A stretch of DNA of 62,957 nt, filler included, from Craspedostauros australis (taxonomy: Eukaryota): assembly GCA_030167865.1 (NCBI GenBank). It is 13 parts of 13 records of this genome, joined end to end, with 100 filler letters (N's around TTAATTAATTAA, not from the genome) between each part and the next. Parts side by side here need not be neighbours in the genome. Positions count along the whole stretch, not along the records: positions 12,855 to 14,424 come from JALAGF010006627.1; positions 14,525 to 17,220 come from JALAGF010006628.1; positions 17,321 to 20,671 come from JALAGF010006629.1; positions 20,772 to 28,073 come from JALAGF010006630.1; 9 more parts are not named here. The stretch is one strand, 5' to 3'. Shown here piece after piece: positions 12,895-24,951 of the stretch (positions are counted from its first letter, which is position 1; every line of letters starts with the position of its first letter). The translations under genes and the position numbers were made by a program. A model generated the notes under the pieces. It saw only the letters and a program-made list of their open reading frames with translations. It ran no database searches and was not told where the DNA came from.

Positions 12895-14349
12895 CTAAAT
12901 CTTAACACGACTAATAGGAATACTAGTTTGAGCTAATATGAACTCAGTACCTAAGGGCTCTGGCTTGCAACTGACGAATGTCAGGTGCAGCAGGTTCCCA
13001 TTTTTCTTTGCTTGAGGCTGAAAAGCACTCATCGATTCGTCAAGTACTTTGATGTGACTTGGTATGACAACTTCGGAGCGGCGGCGGTTGAATGCCTCGA
13101 CGCCTGCCTGAATTTGCCACCATGGATCCTTGCCCCTCCTTGATTCATCCGCAAATATCATCGGCATCAGAATTTCGCGGAGTTGGCGGAAGCGTCCTTT
13201 GGACATGTAGTTTGAGATGTTCGTAGTCTGCAGGAGCCCTTCCTGTTGCCCCTGGCCCCAAAGGTTGCAGGTGTTGTGTAGCTTTCCCAGAAGCATGATG
13301 CCAAAGAACACCCAGAACTCGCTATCGGAGACGGTGCGGGAGATTCCAATTGAGTTTCCTGCTGAATTTGCATCGGTGATCCGCTGGTTGAAGCAGTCCA
13401 CCTGCGCTTTCCAGTCACCTGGCCAGATGTGTTGGATGAGGTGCAACAAGTTGGCACGGCCCCTTCGGCTGTTGCTTGACTTTTGCGATGTGTCACGGAA
13501 GTTAAACCCCGTCACTGCTACAGTCTTGTATGGCGAAGGGCTGTGAGCCTGGATGTGGTTGTCAGGAACCACAGTCCAGGTCTGAGTATCAAGACCCTTG
13601 CCCACAACAACATTCGTCCCCATAAGGGCAAGCTTGGCTGCCCTNNNNNNNNNNNNNNNNNNNNNNNNNNNNNNNNNNNNNNNNNNNNNNNNNNCAGTCC
13701 AGGTCTGAGTATCAAGACCCTTGCCCACAACAACATTCGTCCCCATAAGGGCAAGCTTGGCTGCCCTGTGCGGCACTGTGTCGGCCAGTCGGTCGCCTCG
13801 AAAGGAGTAGTCAAGATGCGGTCCATCATGGACTGACAAGATGCTGGTGTCGTCGCCCATTGGCACCTCGCCGCCGCCATCAGCCCCATCCGCTCCATCA
13901 GAAGCATCGCGGCGGCTGCTGTGACCGTCAGCGCGAAGCTCGTCGCCATCGGAGATTGCTCCTTCGACGCGAAAAGAGCGAGAGGTGGAGTCTGATCCAG
14001 CTGGAGGAACTCTTGACATCNATTCAGGGTGGCCATGATGGGAATGATTGGAACTGTTTGAAATCGATGCGTGGGCGATGGAGACGCCAGCCATCACGTT
14101 CCTGACTGCTGGGCCAATCTGGAGCGCTGCATGGGGCGCAGCGATGAATGCGCGTTTCTTCTGGAAGCGTCGCAATGCCAACACACCCTTCCCAATGTAG
14201 CAGGTGCGGATGAGGTCGGTAATTTCCTCAGGAGGGTCATGATGGATGGGTTCATTGATCAGCTTCAACGTCGCAGCTTGGTGGTCACATACTACACCGA
14301 GCGAGGTCCAGTGGATCGCCCAGACGCGATCAGCGAGGGACTTCAGCAC
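12895..14349 (-). mobile_element. piggyBac-like (PGBD, DDE_Tnp_1_7) transposase fragment, C-terminally truncated
   Basis: Motifs FWVFFGIML, MSKGRFRQL, DPWWQIQAGVEAFN, LDESMSAF and KPEPLGTEF. Similarity ends near 12940, before the second catalytic Asp. Confidence 0.85.
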
Positions 14350-14524
14350 GACGCCGCGGAGAGGGACCTTCTCACCATGAGATCCATGGGAGGGATGATT
14401 GAACTTGGAGAAGACGTGAGAACCNNNNNNNNNNNNNNNNNNNNNNNNNNNNNNNNNNNNNNNNNNNNTTAATTAATTAANNNNNNNNNNNNNNNNNNNN
14501 NNNNNNNNNNNNNNNNNNNNNNNN

Positions 14525-17220
14525 GTCCTTTGTATCGATCACATACTTGATGATCCGATACATCTCCTTCATTGCGGCCTTGGTGGGCCCAATCAATACC
14601 TTGGAGAGCTCCCTTACAGGGTTCGCGATATCCGGTCGCGAGTGCTTGATGAGGAAGAGTAGCATACCGACGCCTCGGCGATATTCGGCATGCTCTTCCG
14701 GTCCGACCTTCTGCAGTCCGTTATCTTCGGATGGTCGTACGATGATTTGACCCGGGGTTCCTGGTGTCCCATAGCGTTGCATCTTCTCAACCTTGGTTCC
14801 GAACTCTTCGATGAGGTGTCGGATGAGATGTGGTTGACGCAATGTCGCTCTAGTCTTGTCATGGTTCAGTTCAATGTTGCAGCTGAGGTAGTCTCCGAGT
14901 CCGCGCTCGATTGTCACCTTGAACTTGCTACCTTGGATATCCTTCAGGAAGGTCTCCAGTGCCTTGGAGTCTCCGCAACAGAAGCAATCGTCCACGTAGA
15001 TGGCCACGATCATGCTTCCTTCGTTCGTCTTCCTGTAGAACAGGCACGGGTCTGCTGCGCTTTGTTCGAAGTTGATATTCTTGAGGGTCGATACCAACAT
15101 CTTGAACCATTGCCTGGCGCTCTGTACAAGTCCGTAGATTGGCTTGNNNNNNNNNNNNNNNNNNNNNNNNNNNNNNNNNNNNNNNNNNNNNNNNNNCGTT
15201 GGGACAGTTCATGTAGATCTCCTCGTCGAGGTCTCCATGTAGGAATGCCGTTACGACATCGACGAGTGTGCAGTCCATCTGCTTGATTAGCATGATCACC
15301 ATCATGACCCGATAGGTCACGTCATGAATGACGGGTGAGTAATGCTCTTGGAAGTCTACTCCTGCGACTTGTGAATAGCCACATGCAACGAGCCGNGCTC
15401 GATGTGTGCCGTCACGCTTCAGCTTGAAGACCCATTTGCATTTGCAGCATCTGCGGCCGCGTGGGATGGCGTCTCGTTTGATCTTGCTATATACCTTGCG
15501 TGTATCCATGGAGTCGAACTCCTTTTTGATGGCTGCTCGATATCCCTTCCGATGGATAGGGTCTGGGTGATTGAAGGCTCCGTCGAACGTTGTAGGTTCG
15601 ATGTGCTTCTCTGGTTCCTCGTTCTCGTCCTGCATCGACAATCCGATGTCGATCGCTGGTGATTCGGTGATGATTGCATTCATTCCGTATAGTCCTGTTG
15701 TGCTATGATGGGTGATCTCGATCTCTTCATCTTCGTCTTCNNNNNNNNNNNNNNNNNNNNNNNNNNNNNNNNNNNNNNNNNNNNNNNNNNNNNNNNNNNN
15801 NNNNNNNNNNNNNNNNNNNNNNNNNNNNNNNNNNNNNNNNNNNNNNNNNNNNNNNNGTTCGTTGAAGTCTGCGAGCTCGCGCAGAGCTCTGGGAATACTC
15901 TTCCCTGCAGTTGACTTGGGATTAGCTTCTCCCTTCCTGCCTCGTGATTCGTGACGTCGGATCCTCTCCTTTCTAGCTATGTCACGCTTGTTTGGTTTGC
16001 TTGGTGGAGATCTGGATGGACTGTCATGTGTAGACCTCGCTGGTGTATTCGGAGNNNNNNNNNNNNNNNNNNNNNNNNNNNNNNNNNNNNNNNNNNNNNN
16101 NNNNAGACCTCGCTGGTGTATTCGGAGGGGTAACACCTGTCTCGTCATCGGCTTCGTCGCCGGAGGGTAGGATTTCGTCATCCTCATGGTTGGATTCGCT
16201 CCGATCTTCCTCGTCATTGTGGACTAGTTGAGTCACTACTCCGTCGTCCTCATTATCCTCATCGTCGCTGTCTGATAGGATGTAGTACCTGTTGCTGTCA
16301 GCGAAAGATACTCTCTTCGCTTCTGATGTTTGACGCGTTGCCGTCCTTGGCGTTGCTCCCTTCCGTCCNATGGTTGTGAAGCCGTCTGCGTCCGTTGTTC
16401 CTGTTTCNTTGGATATGTTCGGTGCTGGTGCCCAGCCACGGAANTGTCCGTATGATTGGTTGAGCCACTTGATGTCCCGTGAACAGATGAGTGACTTTGT
16501 CGATGGTCTGTACATGTTGTAGACTCCTGATGCATGTTGGTGTGCATATCCGATGAACACCATCTCTTCTCCTCTGTTCTTGNNNNNNNNNNNNNNNNNN
16601 NNNNNNNNNNNNNNNNNNNNNNNNNNNNNNNNCTTGGCGTTGCTCCCTTCCGTCCAATGGTTGTGAAGCCGTCTGCGTCCGTTGTTCCTGTTTCATTGGA
16701 TATGTTCGGTGCTGGTGCCCAGCCACGGAATTGTCCGTATGATTGGTTGAGCCACTTGATGTCCCGTGAACAGATGAGTGACTTTGTCGATGGTCTGTAC
16801 ATGTTGTAGACTCCTGATGCNNNNNNNNNNNNNNNNNNNNNNNNNNNNNNNNNNNNNNNNNNNNNNNNNNNNNNNNNNNNNNNNNNNNNNNNNNNNNNNN
16901 NNNNNNNNNNNNNNNNNNNNNNNNNNNNNNNNNNNNNNNNNNNNNNNNNNNNNNNNNNNNNNNNNNNNNNNNNNNNNNNNTCCTTCTGGTTCTTCGCTAC
17001 GGTGATGTTGGCGATGGCGGTGGCAGTGCTAGCAGCCGCTGCCCACAGGCCATGCCTATATTCTTTGTCGAGCTGTGCTCCGTTGAGCATGGAGCGGACC
17101 TTGGTGTAGAGGTACGCGAACTTGCGTTCCACTCTCCCGTTCTGTTGCGGCGTGTTCGATGCCGTGTATTCGAATTTCACGTTGAGTCCTGCATCGATGA
17201 GAGTATCCTGCGTGGATTTG
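14525..17220 (-). mobile_element. Ty1/copia LTR retrotransposon pol fragment (integrase, SH3-like, RT)
   Basis: TPQQNGRVERKF (integrase), VFIGYA..HASGVY, KWVFKLKRDG..RLVACGYSQ, DVVTAFLHGDLDEEIYM, IYVDDC and SRPDIANPVRELS. Integrase lies upstream of RT, the copia order. Confidence 0.95.
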
Positions 17221-17320
17221 NNNNNNNNNNNNNNNNNNNNNNNNNNNNNNNNNNNNNNNNNNNNTTAATTAATTAANNNNNNNNNNNNNNNNNNNNNNNN
17301 NNNNNNNNNNNNNNNNNNNN

Positions 17321-20300
17321 ATGTATCACCAAATTGGACGGAGAGACCCCTAAATATGCAATGATGCTCTATAACAACTTGGAACTCACCCATTGGGGAC
17401 CATACCATGGCCTACCATCGTTGGTTTGCTCGCGCATTGACCATTCCTATGCACTTCTAGCCAGAACACGATATTCAGTGCTGCTGAATATTCAACTTCA
17501 TATGAATCACCAAATTCGACCGGAGGATCCTATAAATATGTAATTACAACCTATAACCACTTGGAACGCACCCATTGGGGACCATACCATGGCCCACCAT
17601 CGTTGGTTTGCTCGCGCATTGATCATTTCTATGCACTTCTGGCCAGAACACGATATTCAGTGTTGCTGAATATTCAACTTCGCGTGTATCATGAAATTTG
17701 ACCGCAGAACCCCTAAATATGCAATGACGGTCTATAACCACTCGGAACGCACCCATTGGGGACCATATCATGGCCCACTATCGTTGGTGTGCTCGCGGAT
17801 CGATCCTTTACATGTACATCTGGCCAGAACACGATATTCAGTGTTGCTGAATATTCACTGTCATATGTATCACCAAATTTGACCGGAGGACGCCTTAAAT
17901 ATGCATTGGCGACCTATAATCACTCCGAACGCACCCATCAGGGACCATACCATGGCCCACCATCGTTGGTTTGCTCGCGGATCGATCCTTTACATGTACA
18001 TCTGGCCAGAACACGACATACATTGCCTCTGAATATTCACTGTCATATGAATCACCAAATTTGACGGAGTGACCTCTAAATATGTAATTACGGTCTATAA
18101 CCACTCGGAACGCACCCATTGGGGACCATACCATGGCCCACCATCGTTGGTTTGCCCGCGCATTGATCCTTTACATGTACATCTGGCCAGAACACGATAT
18201 TCAGTGGCGCTGAATATTCACTGTCATATGAATCACGAAATTTGACCGGAGGACGCCTTAAATATGCAATGACGGTCTATAACCACTCGGAACGCACCCA
18301 TTGGGGACCATACCATGGCTCACCATTGTTGGTTTGCTCGCGGGTCGATCATTCCTATGTACATCTGGCCAGAACACGATATTCAGTGTTGCTGAATATT
18401 CAACTTCATATGTATCACCAACTTGGACGGAGTGACCCCTAAATATGCAATGACAGTCTATAATCACTTGGAACGCACCCATTGGTGACCATACCATGGC
18501 CCACTATCGTTGGTGTGCTTGCGGATCGATGATTTGTATGCACATCTGGCCAGAACACGATATTCAGTGTTGCTGAATATTCACAGTCATATGTATCACG
18601 AAATTGGACGGAGAGACCTCTAAATATGCATTGGCGACCTATAATCACTTGGAACGCACCCATCGGGGACTATACCATGGCCCACTATCGTTGGTGTGCT
18701 CGCGCATTGATCCTTTACATGTACATCTGGCCAGAACACGATATTCAGTGGTGCTGAATATTCACAGTCATATGAATCACCAATTTTGACCGGAGGACGC
18801 CTTAAATATGCAATGACGGTCTATAACCACTCGGAACGCACCCATTTGGGACCATACCATGGCTCACCATCGTTGGTTTGCTCGCGCATTGACCATTCCT
18901 ATGCACTTCTAGCCAGAACACGATATACATTGCCTCTGAATATTCACTGTNNNNNNNNNNNNNNNNNNNNNNNGGAGGATCCTATAAATACGTAATTACG
19001 ACCTATAACCACTTGGAACGCACCCATTGGAGGCCGTACCATGGCCCACCATCGTTGGTTTGCTCGCGCATTGACTATTCCTATGCACTTCTGGCCAGAA
19101 CACGATATTCAGTGTTGCTGAATATTCACTGTAATATGTATCACGAAATTGGACGGAGAGACCTCTAATTATGCATTGGCGACCTATAATCACTTGGAAC
19201 GCACCCATCGGGGACTATACCATGGCCCACTATCGTTGGTGTGCTCGCGCATTNNNNNNNNNNNNNNNNNNNNNNNNNNNNNNNNNNNNNNNNNNNNNNN
19301 NNNGTAATTACGACCTATAACCACTTGGAACGCACCCATTGGAGGCCGTACCATGGCCCACCATCGTTGGTTTGCTCGCGCATTGACTATTCCTATGCAC
19401 TTCTGGCCAGAACACGATATTCAGTGTTGCTGAATATTCACTGTAATATGTATCACGAAATTGGACGGAGAGACCTCTAANTATGCATTGGCGACCNATA
19501 ATCACTTGGAACGCACCCATCGGGGACTATACCATGGCCCACTATCGTTGGTGTGCTCGCGCATTGATCCTTTACATGTACATCTGGCCAGAACACGACA
19601 TACATTGCCTCTGAATATTCACTGTCATGTGTATCACCAAATTTGACCGCAGAACCCCTAAATATGCATTGGCGACCTATAATCACTCGGAACGCACCCA
19701 TTGGGGACCATACCATGGCCCACTATCGTTGGTTTGCTCGCGCATTGATCCTTTACATGTACATCTGGCCAGAACACGATATTCAGTGGTGCTGAATATT
19801 CACAGTCATATGAATCACCAATTTTGACCGGAGGACGCCTTAAATATGCAATGGCGGCCTATAACCACTTGGAACGCACCAATCGGGGACCATACCATGG
19901 CCCACTATCGTTGGTTTGCTCGCGCATTGATCCTTTACATGCACTTCTGGCCAGAACACGATATTCAGTGTTGCTGAATATTCACTGTCATGTGTATCAC
20001 GAAATTGGACGGAGAGACCTCTAAATATGTAATTACGGCCTATAACCACTCGGAACGCACCCATCGGGGACCATACCATGGCCCATCATCGTTGGTTTGC
20101 TCGCGCATTGACCATTCCTATGCACTTCTGTCCAGAACACGATATACATTGCCTCTGAATATTCACTGTCATATGAATCACCAAATTTGACCGGAGTGAC
20201 CCCTAAATATGCAATGACGGCCTATAACCACTCGGAACACACCCATTGGGGACCATACCATCGTCCCCCATTGTTGGTTTGCTCGCGCATTGATCATTTG

Positions 20301-20671
20301 TATGTACATCTGGCCAGAACACGATATTCAGTGTTGCTGAATATTCACTGTCATATGTATCACCAAATTTGACCGGAGTGACCCTTAAATATGCAATGAC
20401 GGTCTATAACCACTTGGAACGCACCCATTGGGGACCATACCATGGCCCACCATCGTTGGTTTGCTCGCGCATTGACCATTCCTATGCACTTCTAGCCAGA
20501 ACACGATATTCAGTGGTGCTGAATATTCAACTTCATATGAATCACCAAATATGACCGGAGGACCCCTTAAATACGTAATAGCGCTCAATAACCACTTGGA
20601 ACGCACCCATTGGGGACCATACCATGGCCCACCATCGTTGGTTTGCTCGCGCATTGGTCATTCCTATGTAC
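17321..20671. repeat. Tandem satellite, 181-182 bp unit, about 18 copies filling the whole scaffold
   Basis: Equivalent positions at 17321, 17502, 17684, 17865 and onward. Conserved blocks GGAACGCACCCAT, CCATACCATGGCCCAC and CCAGAACACGATATTCAG..CTGAATATTCA. Confidence 0.97.
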
Positions 20672-20771
20672 NNNNNNNNNNNNNNNNNNNNNNNNNNNNN
20701 NNNNNNNNNNNNNNNTTAATTAATTAANNNNNNNNNNNNNNNNNNNNNNNNNNNNNNNNNNNNNNNNNNNN

Positions 20772-21730
20772 CATCCATTCGCATTCACATCCATTGATCA
20801 GCATCCAACGATCAGCATCCATCCATTCACATTCACATCCATCGATCAGCATCCAACAATCCGCATCCATCCATCGATCAGCATCCAACAATCCGCATCC
20901 ATCCATCCATCCGCATCCATCGATCTGCATCCATCGACCCGCATCCATCGATCACCATCGATCTGTAGCCATCAATCTGTAGCCATCAATCATCATCCAT
21001 CGATCTGCATCCTTCCGCATCCGCATTCATTGATCAGCATCCATCTGCATTCGCATCCATCAATCTGTAGCCATCGATCAGCATCTGCATTCACATCCAT
21101 TGATCAGCATCCATCCGCATTCGCATTCACATCCATCGATCAGCATCCATCCGCATTCACATCCATCGATCTGTAGCCATCGATCAGCATCCATCCATCC
21201 GCATTCACATCCATCGACCAGCATCCATCGATCTGTAGCCATCGATCAGCATCCATCAATCAGCATTCACATCCATCGATCAGCATCCATCAATCAGCAT
21301 CCATCCGCATCTGTATCCGCATTCACATCCATCGATCAGCATCCATCCGCATCTGTATCCGCATTCACATCCATCGATCAGCATTCACATCCATCGACCA
21401 GCATCCATCCGCATTCGCATCCATCGATCAGCATCCGTATCCGCATTCACATCCATTGATCAGCATTCATCCGCATCCATCAATCAGCATCCATCCATTT
21501 GCATTCACATCCATCAATCAGCACCCCTCTGCATCTGTATCCGCATTCACATCCATCGACCAGCATCCATCTGCATTCGCATCTATCGATCAGCATCCAT
21601 CGATCAGCATCCATCCATTCAAATTCACATCCGTCAATCAGCATTCACATCCATCGATCCGCATCTATCCATCAGCATTCAGGTCAGCATCTACAGCCAT
21701 CAATCAGCATCCGCATCCGCATTCACAGCC
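20772..21730 (+). repeat. Left inverted repeat: complex (CATC/CGATCAG/GCATTCA)n array
   Basis: Shuffled 4-8 nt units such as CATCCATCGATCAGCATCC. Collinear with the reverse complement of about 26000-27070. Confidence 0.9.
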
Positions 21731-21745
21731 AACACCAAGTTCACA

Positions 21746-22420
21746 ATGGCATTCAACGAGCCCTCTGTGCCATGGCGAGATAGCAAGGCCAAGGAGCTGC
21801 TCAGGCAAGCCATCCTCGATGGCTCTGTACCTTTGCAAGCAACTGACGAGATGCCAAACAAGGACATCTTCCAATCCATTCCGGAGCTCAGCGAATACAA
21901 CTACAAGAACTTCCCTGCAAGGCTCAGTGGGCTGCGCAAACAGGTTGCGACATCGCTCAACCGAAAGAAAATTGATCAAGCAGCTTTTGCAAACTATGCA
22001 GCAAATCATGATCCACTTGTCGTGAACTTCCGAAATGAACCGCAATGGTTCAGGTCAAATATGCAGAAGCATTTGAAAGAGGATATGGCACTTGGAAAGC
22101 ACAACACCATGCCACTGCCTGCATTGTTCCACTCAAGAGAATCATACCAACTGATCCCTTATCGAACCTTCTACCTCCATGTCTATCAGGAGGAAAGACG
22201 GATAAAATTCAATAACTACTTAACCGACAAAGCAGAGAAACGAGAGGCCAAGCGAAGAAGCAAAGAACAGAGAGGAGCAATCCAGACACATCAAAGAGAT
22301 CGGAGTCCAATTCAGCAACATGGCAACCAAACAGATGACAACGAGGTTGATGACGGCTTCATTTCTGAGTTCGATGCATTGAATATGCAGCAACCAACAA
22401 ATCAAACAAGTAGACCATAA
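21746..22420 (+). CDS. Transposon accessory ORF1, 224 aa, two W-x2-S-initiated helical repeats (possible DNA-binding partner)
   Basis: Clean ATG-to-TAA ORF directly after the left array. Internal repeat WRDSKAKELLRQAILDG / WFRSNMQKHLKEDMALG and a basic coiled tail. Confidence 0.75.
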   Translation: MAFNEPSVPWRDSKAKELLRQAILDGSVPLQATDEMPNKDIFQSIPELSEYNYKNFPARLSGLRKQVATSLNRKKIDQAAFANYAANHDPLVVNFRNEPQWFRSNMQKHLKEDMALGKHNTMPLPALFHSRESYQLIPYRTFYLHVYQEERRIKFNNYLTDKAEKREAKRRSKEQRGAIQTHQRDRSPIQQHGNQTDDNEVDDGFISEFDALNMQQPTNQTSRP

Positions 22421-22939
22421 CCAACATAACATAGCTCGATGTGAATCAAGTCAACGATCACTTCCTGGTTTCTTCTGTCCAACCCATCAATGCTCTATGG
22501 CTGCCTGTGGCTGAGTTTCCGAACATTCCCAAAATTCGAAAGCTACAGTCTCATGACACAACACTTGTTCACTCAAGCTAAATGAGCAAGGTTTGAACTG
22601 AAGCACATGCTCAGGTTCGAACTGTAGCACATGCTCAAACAAACATAGATACCCTACAGATACAGACAGTATTGGGAATGTATTTCTGTATGGTGTGTTC
22701 TGTAGGCCTTCTGGCATTTGGTGGGTTTGCGAGCCAGATCCAGGAGAAATTTTGGGAACGTCGCAGCTGCAAAATATTCACTCGCGAAATGCTGCTGTCT
22801 TCTTGCTTGCACAGATGTGATGAGTGTAGTTTGTAGGTGATGTGTGATGGGAGAATGGTTGAGTGTGCTGTTGTGGCCTTCCTTTCATCTCATTGCCATG
22901 ATCATAAGGCTGCACTCTCAGCTCACAATTCAACCAAGC

Positions 22940-24331
22940 ATGAGCACAAGCAGGCTTCCACCACTCAGCCCACCACCAAAAACCCCACGCGGTCTCCGGT
23001 TCACTCCAACCAAATCAAACACACCAAACTACACACCACTCAGCGTTGGCTATCAATCAGACACGGTAAGCGTCGCTGATAGCATTGGCTCTTCTGGTCC
23101 GCGCCGCGCAACTTACAAGCAGCTGGCAGAAGACATCTTGAGGAGAGGAGGTATCACACGATACAAGCAGCGTTTGGGAACTTCGGCTTTGAAGCAAATC
23201 TGTGACAGTCGCCCCGAAGTTTTCGGAGCACCTGGCACAGACCTCCGCCGCGCAGTGCAGAAACGAGCAGCCAAGTGGAGCGCAGAGTTCAACACCACAC
23301 TGTTCAGAGAGTTTGCAGAACGAGTCTACCAAGTTGACTTGGCACAGTTCCAAGCATCGGAAGTCAAGAAGGAAGTCGGAGACCAGGTTGGGACAGGCAG
23401 CACGGACATCCCCCCATCAGTAGAGAAGGGCGCTTTCGTACCACCCAAGTTCGTCATCACGCAAGCAACACCAGGAACACCAACAAAGAAGAGAAAGGAC
23501 ACAGCGTCAGCATCAAACATGTTGCATGACAAGGCCAAGGGCATCGCCAAGAGTACCGGCAATCCGACCAGTAAGTAAAAATGAAGGGAAGCTGCATGTG
23601 TGTTTTTTGTGAACTTGTTTTCTGATTGTGTTTGCTGGGCAAGGCGCGAGCAATTCACTGTGCGCTCACACCACGTTTGTTCGTTTTTTTTTTCAGCTTT
23701 CGTCGAAGTCGACACCAACAACCCCACCAACAACGGGGAGCTCACCATCTGTCGCATCCAATCAGTCAAAGGAGTCGGAAAGAACGAGTACTGGCCTGCG
23801 TACAAAATCGTCGTACGCGCAGACAAGCGCTGGATCAAGATTTTGCCCGACTACGACCACTACGAGGCGCGAATCACCTCAGCCAACGAAATTCTCGTCA
23901 AGCTGCCGCGTTGGGACTTTGTCACCTTCAGGCACCGCGACGAACTTTTTCACGCTCTTGGCAACGACAGCATGACCGCCACTGACGAATTGCGCTTGGA
24001 CGTGCAAAACAGAATGAGCCGCGGAGGCCCCATCACTGGCCTCTCTCGCCATGTTCTCCTTTCTTTCCCTGAAGGACACAGCCTCTCGGTCGAGGACATT
24101 CACCAAGACTTCGACCGGCAGGACGAGGCGCTCATCCCAGCCCTTCCCTTGGTTGTGAAGAGTCGCCTCCAGGTGAAGCAAACCAGCAAGGGCAAGGAGA
24201 GCATCGACACTTTTGTGTGCTGGGATGTGGCCCGCGTCGATGAAGGCTGCCACAAAATGGGTGCTTTCCACAAGATGGAGAAGAAGAAGCTCTTGTTCGA
24301 AGACTCCGATGACGAAGATGGTGGGTATTGA
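22940..24331 (+). CDS. Transposon accessory ORF2, about 421 aa, two exons 22940-23570 and 23697-24331
   Basis: A 126-nt GTAAGT...CTCAC...TTTTTCAG intron joins track ORFs 22844-23578 and 23600-24331 in frame. No recognised domain. Confidence 0.75.
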
Positions 24332-24397
24332 CACGTGAGTGCACTTGCGACTGCTCTTGTGACTTGAAGCTGCAGTGCATGATCAATTGTCCAACGA

Positions 24398-24862
24398 ATG
24401 CATGTCGAACAAGCTTCATGCCCAATCACAAAAATGTTTCTCACACTGCGATCAATACTTCTCGATTGCTGTTTCATGCTGTCTCGTTTTCCCTCAGATC
24501 ATTCACCACATGGAGGTGGCTGGGGAGGCAGAGGTGTGCCAGACCACGTCAAGTCGAATGCAGAAGCTGCAGAGACCGCGCGCCGCATGGGCTTGATCGC
24601 CCTCCAAAGGGCCGACGCTGCTGCAAATGCAGCAAAACATCCATCTGCAGGCCCCGGCAACCATGGCACGGGCCTCGAGTTCCCAGAGACACCAGCTGAC
24701 CCCCTGCTGTGGACTCCGAACATCCCAACACATGATCCAAGCAGCTCAGCTGCCGCTGCAAGCATCCCTGAACGTGCAGGTGATGCCATCATGGATGATC
24801 CAACAGGGCATCTCAAGCGCCCCTTGGAATCTTCAAGCAGTGACGACTCGGGAAGTCTCTGA
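24398..24862 (+). CDS. Possible accessory ORF3 or exon, Ala/Pro-rich, start uncertain
   Basis: Open frame ending 90 nt from the transposase stop. A candidate intron 24335-24497 (GTGAGT..CCCTCAG) precedes the protein-like part. Confidence 0.35.
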   Translation: MHVEQASCPITKMFLTLRSILLDCCFMLSRFPSDHSPHGGGWGGRGVPDHVKSNAEAAETARRMGLIALQRADAAANAAKHPSAGPGNHGTGLEFPETPADPLLWTPNIPTHDPSSSAAAASIPERAGDAIMDDPTGHLKRPLESSSSDDSGSL

Positions 24863-24951
24863 ACAAAAGGAGCAGCCCACCCAACACAACATGTAGATGC
24901 CATAACTTAGTGATCAGAACATACATTGTACTTCTTATCTAGTGATTAGTC

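Noticed and set aside
13575..13770. Direct repeats flanking 50-N gaps (also near 16030-16130, 16340-16820, 19000-19560, 28610-28780, 51080-51160)
   Set aside because: Overlapping contig ends left unmerged by the scaffolder.
14525..20671. Reverse transcriptase next to a repeat array (CRISPR-, retron- or DGR-like system)
   Set aside because: The two are on different scaffolds separated by an artificial spacer. The RT is ordinary copia, and the array has no unique spacers or cas genes.
20772..21730. His/Ser/Ile-rich ORFs in the CATC arrays and short ORFs in the 182-bp satellite
   Set aside because: By-products of low-complexity or tandem repeats. A 181-182 bp unit is not a multiple of three.
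22615..22625. GGTTCGAAC resembling a tRNA B-box
   Set aside because: No cloverleaf or A-box can be built around it.
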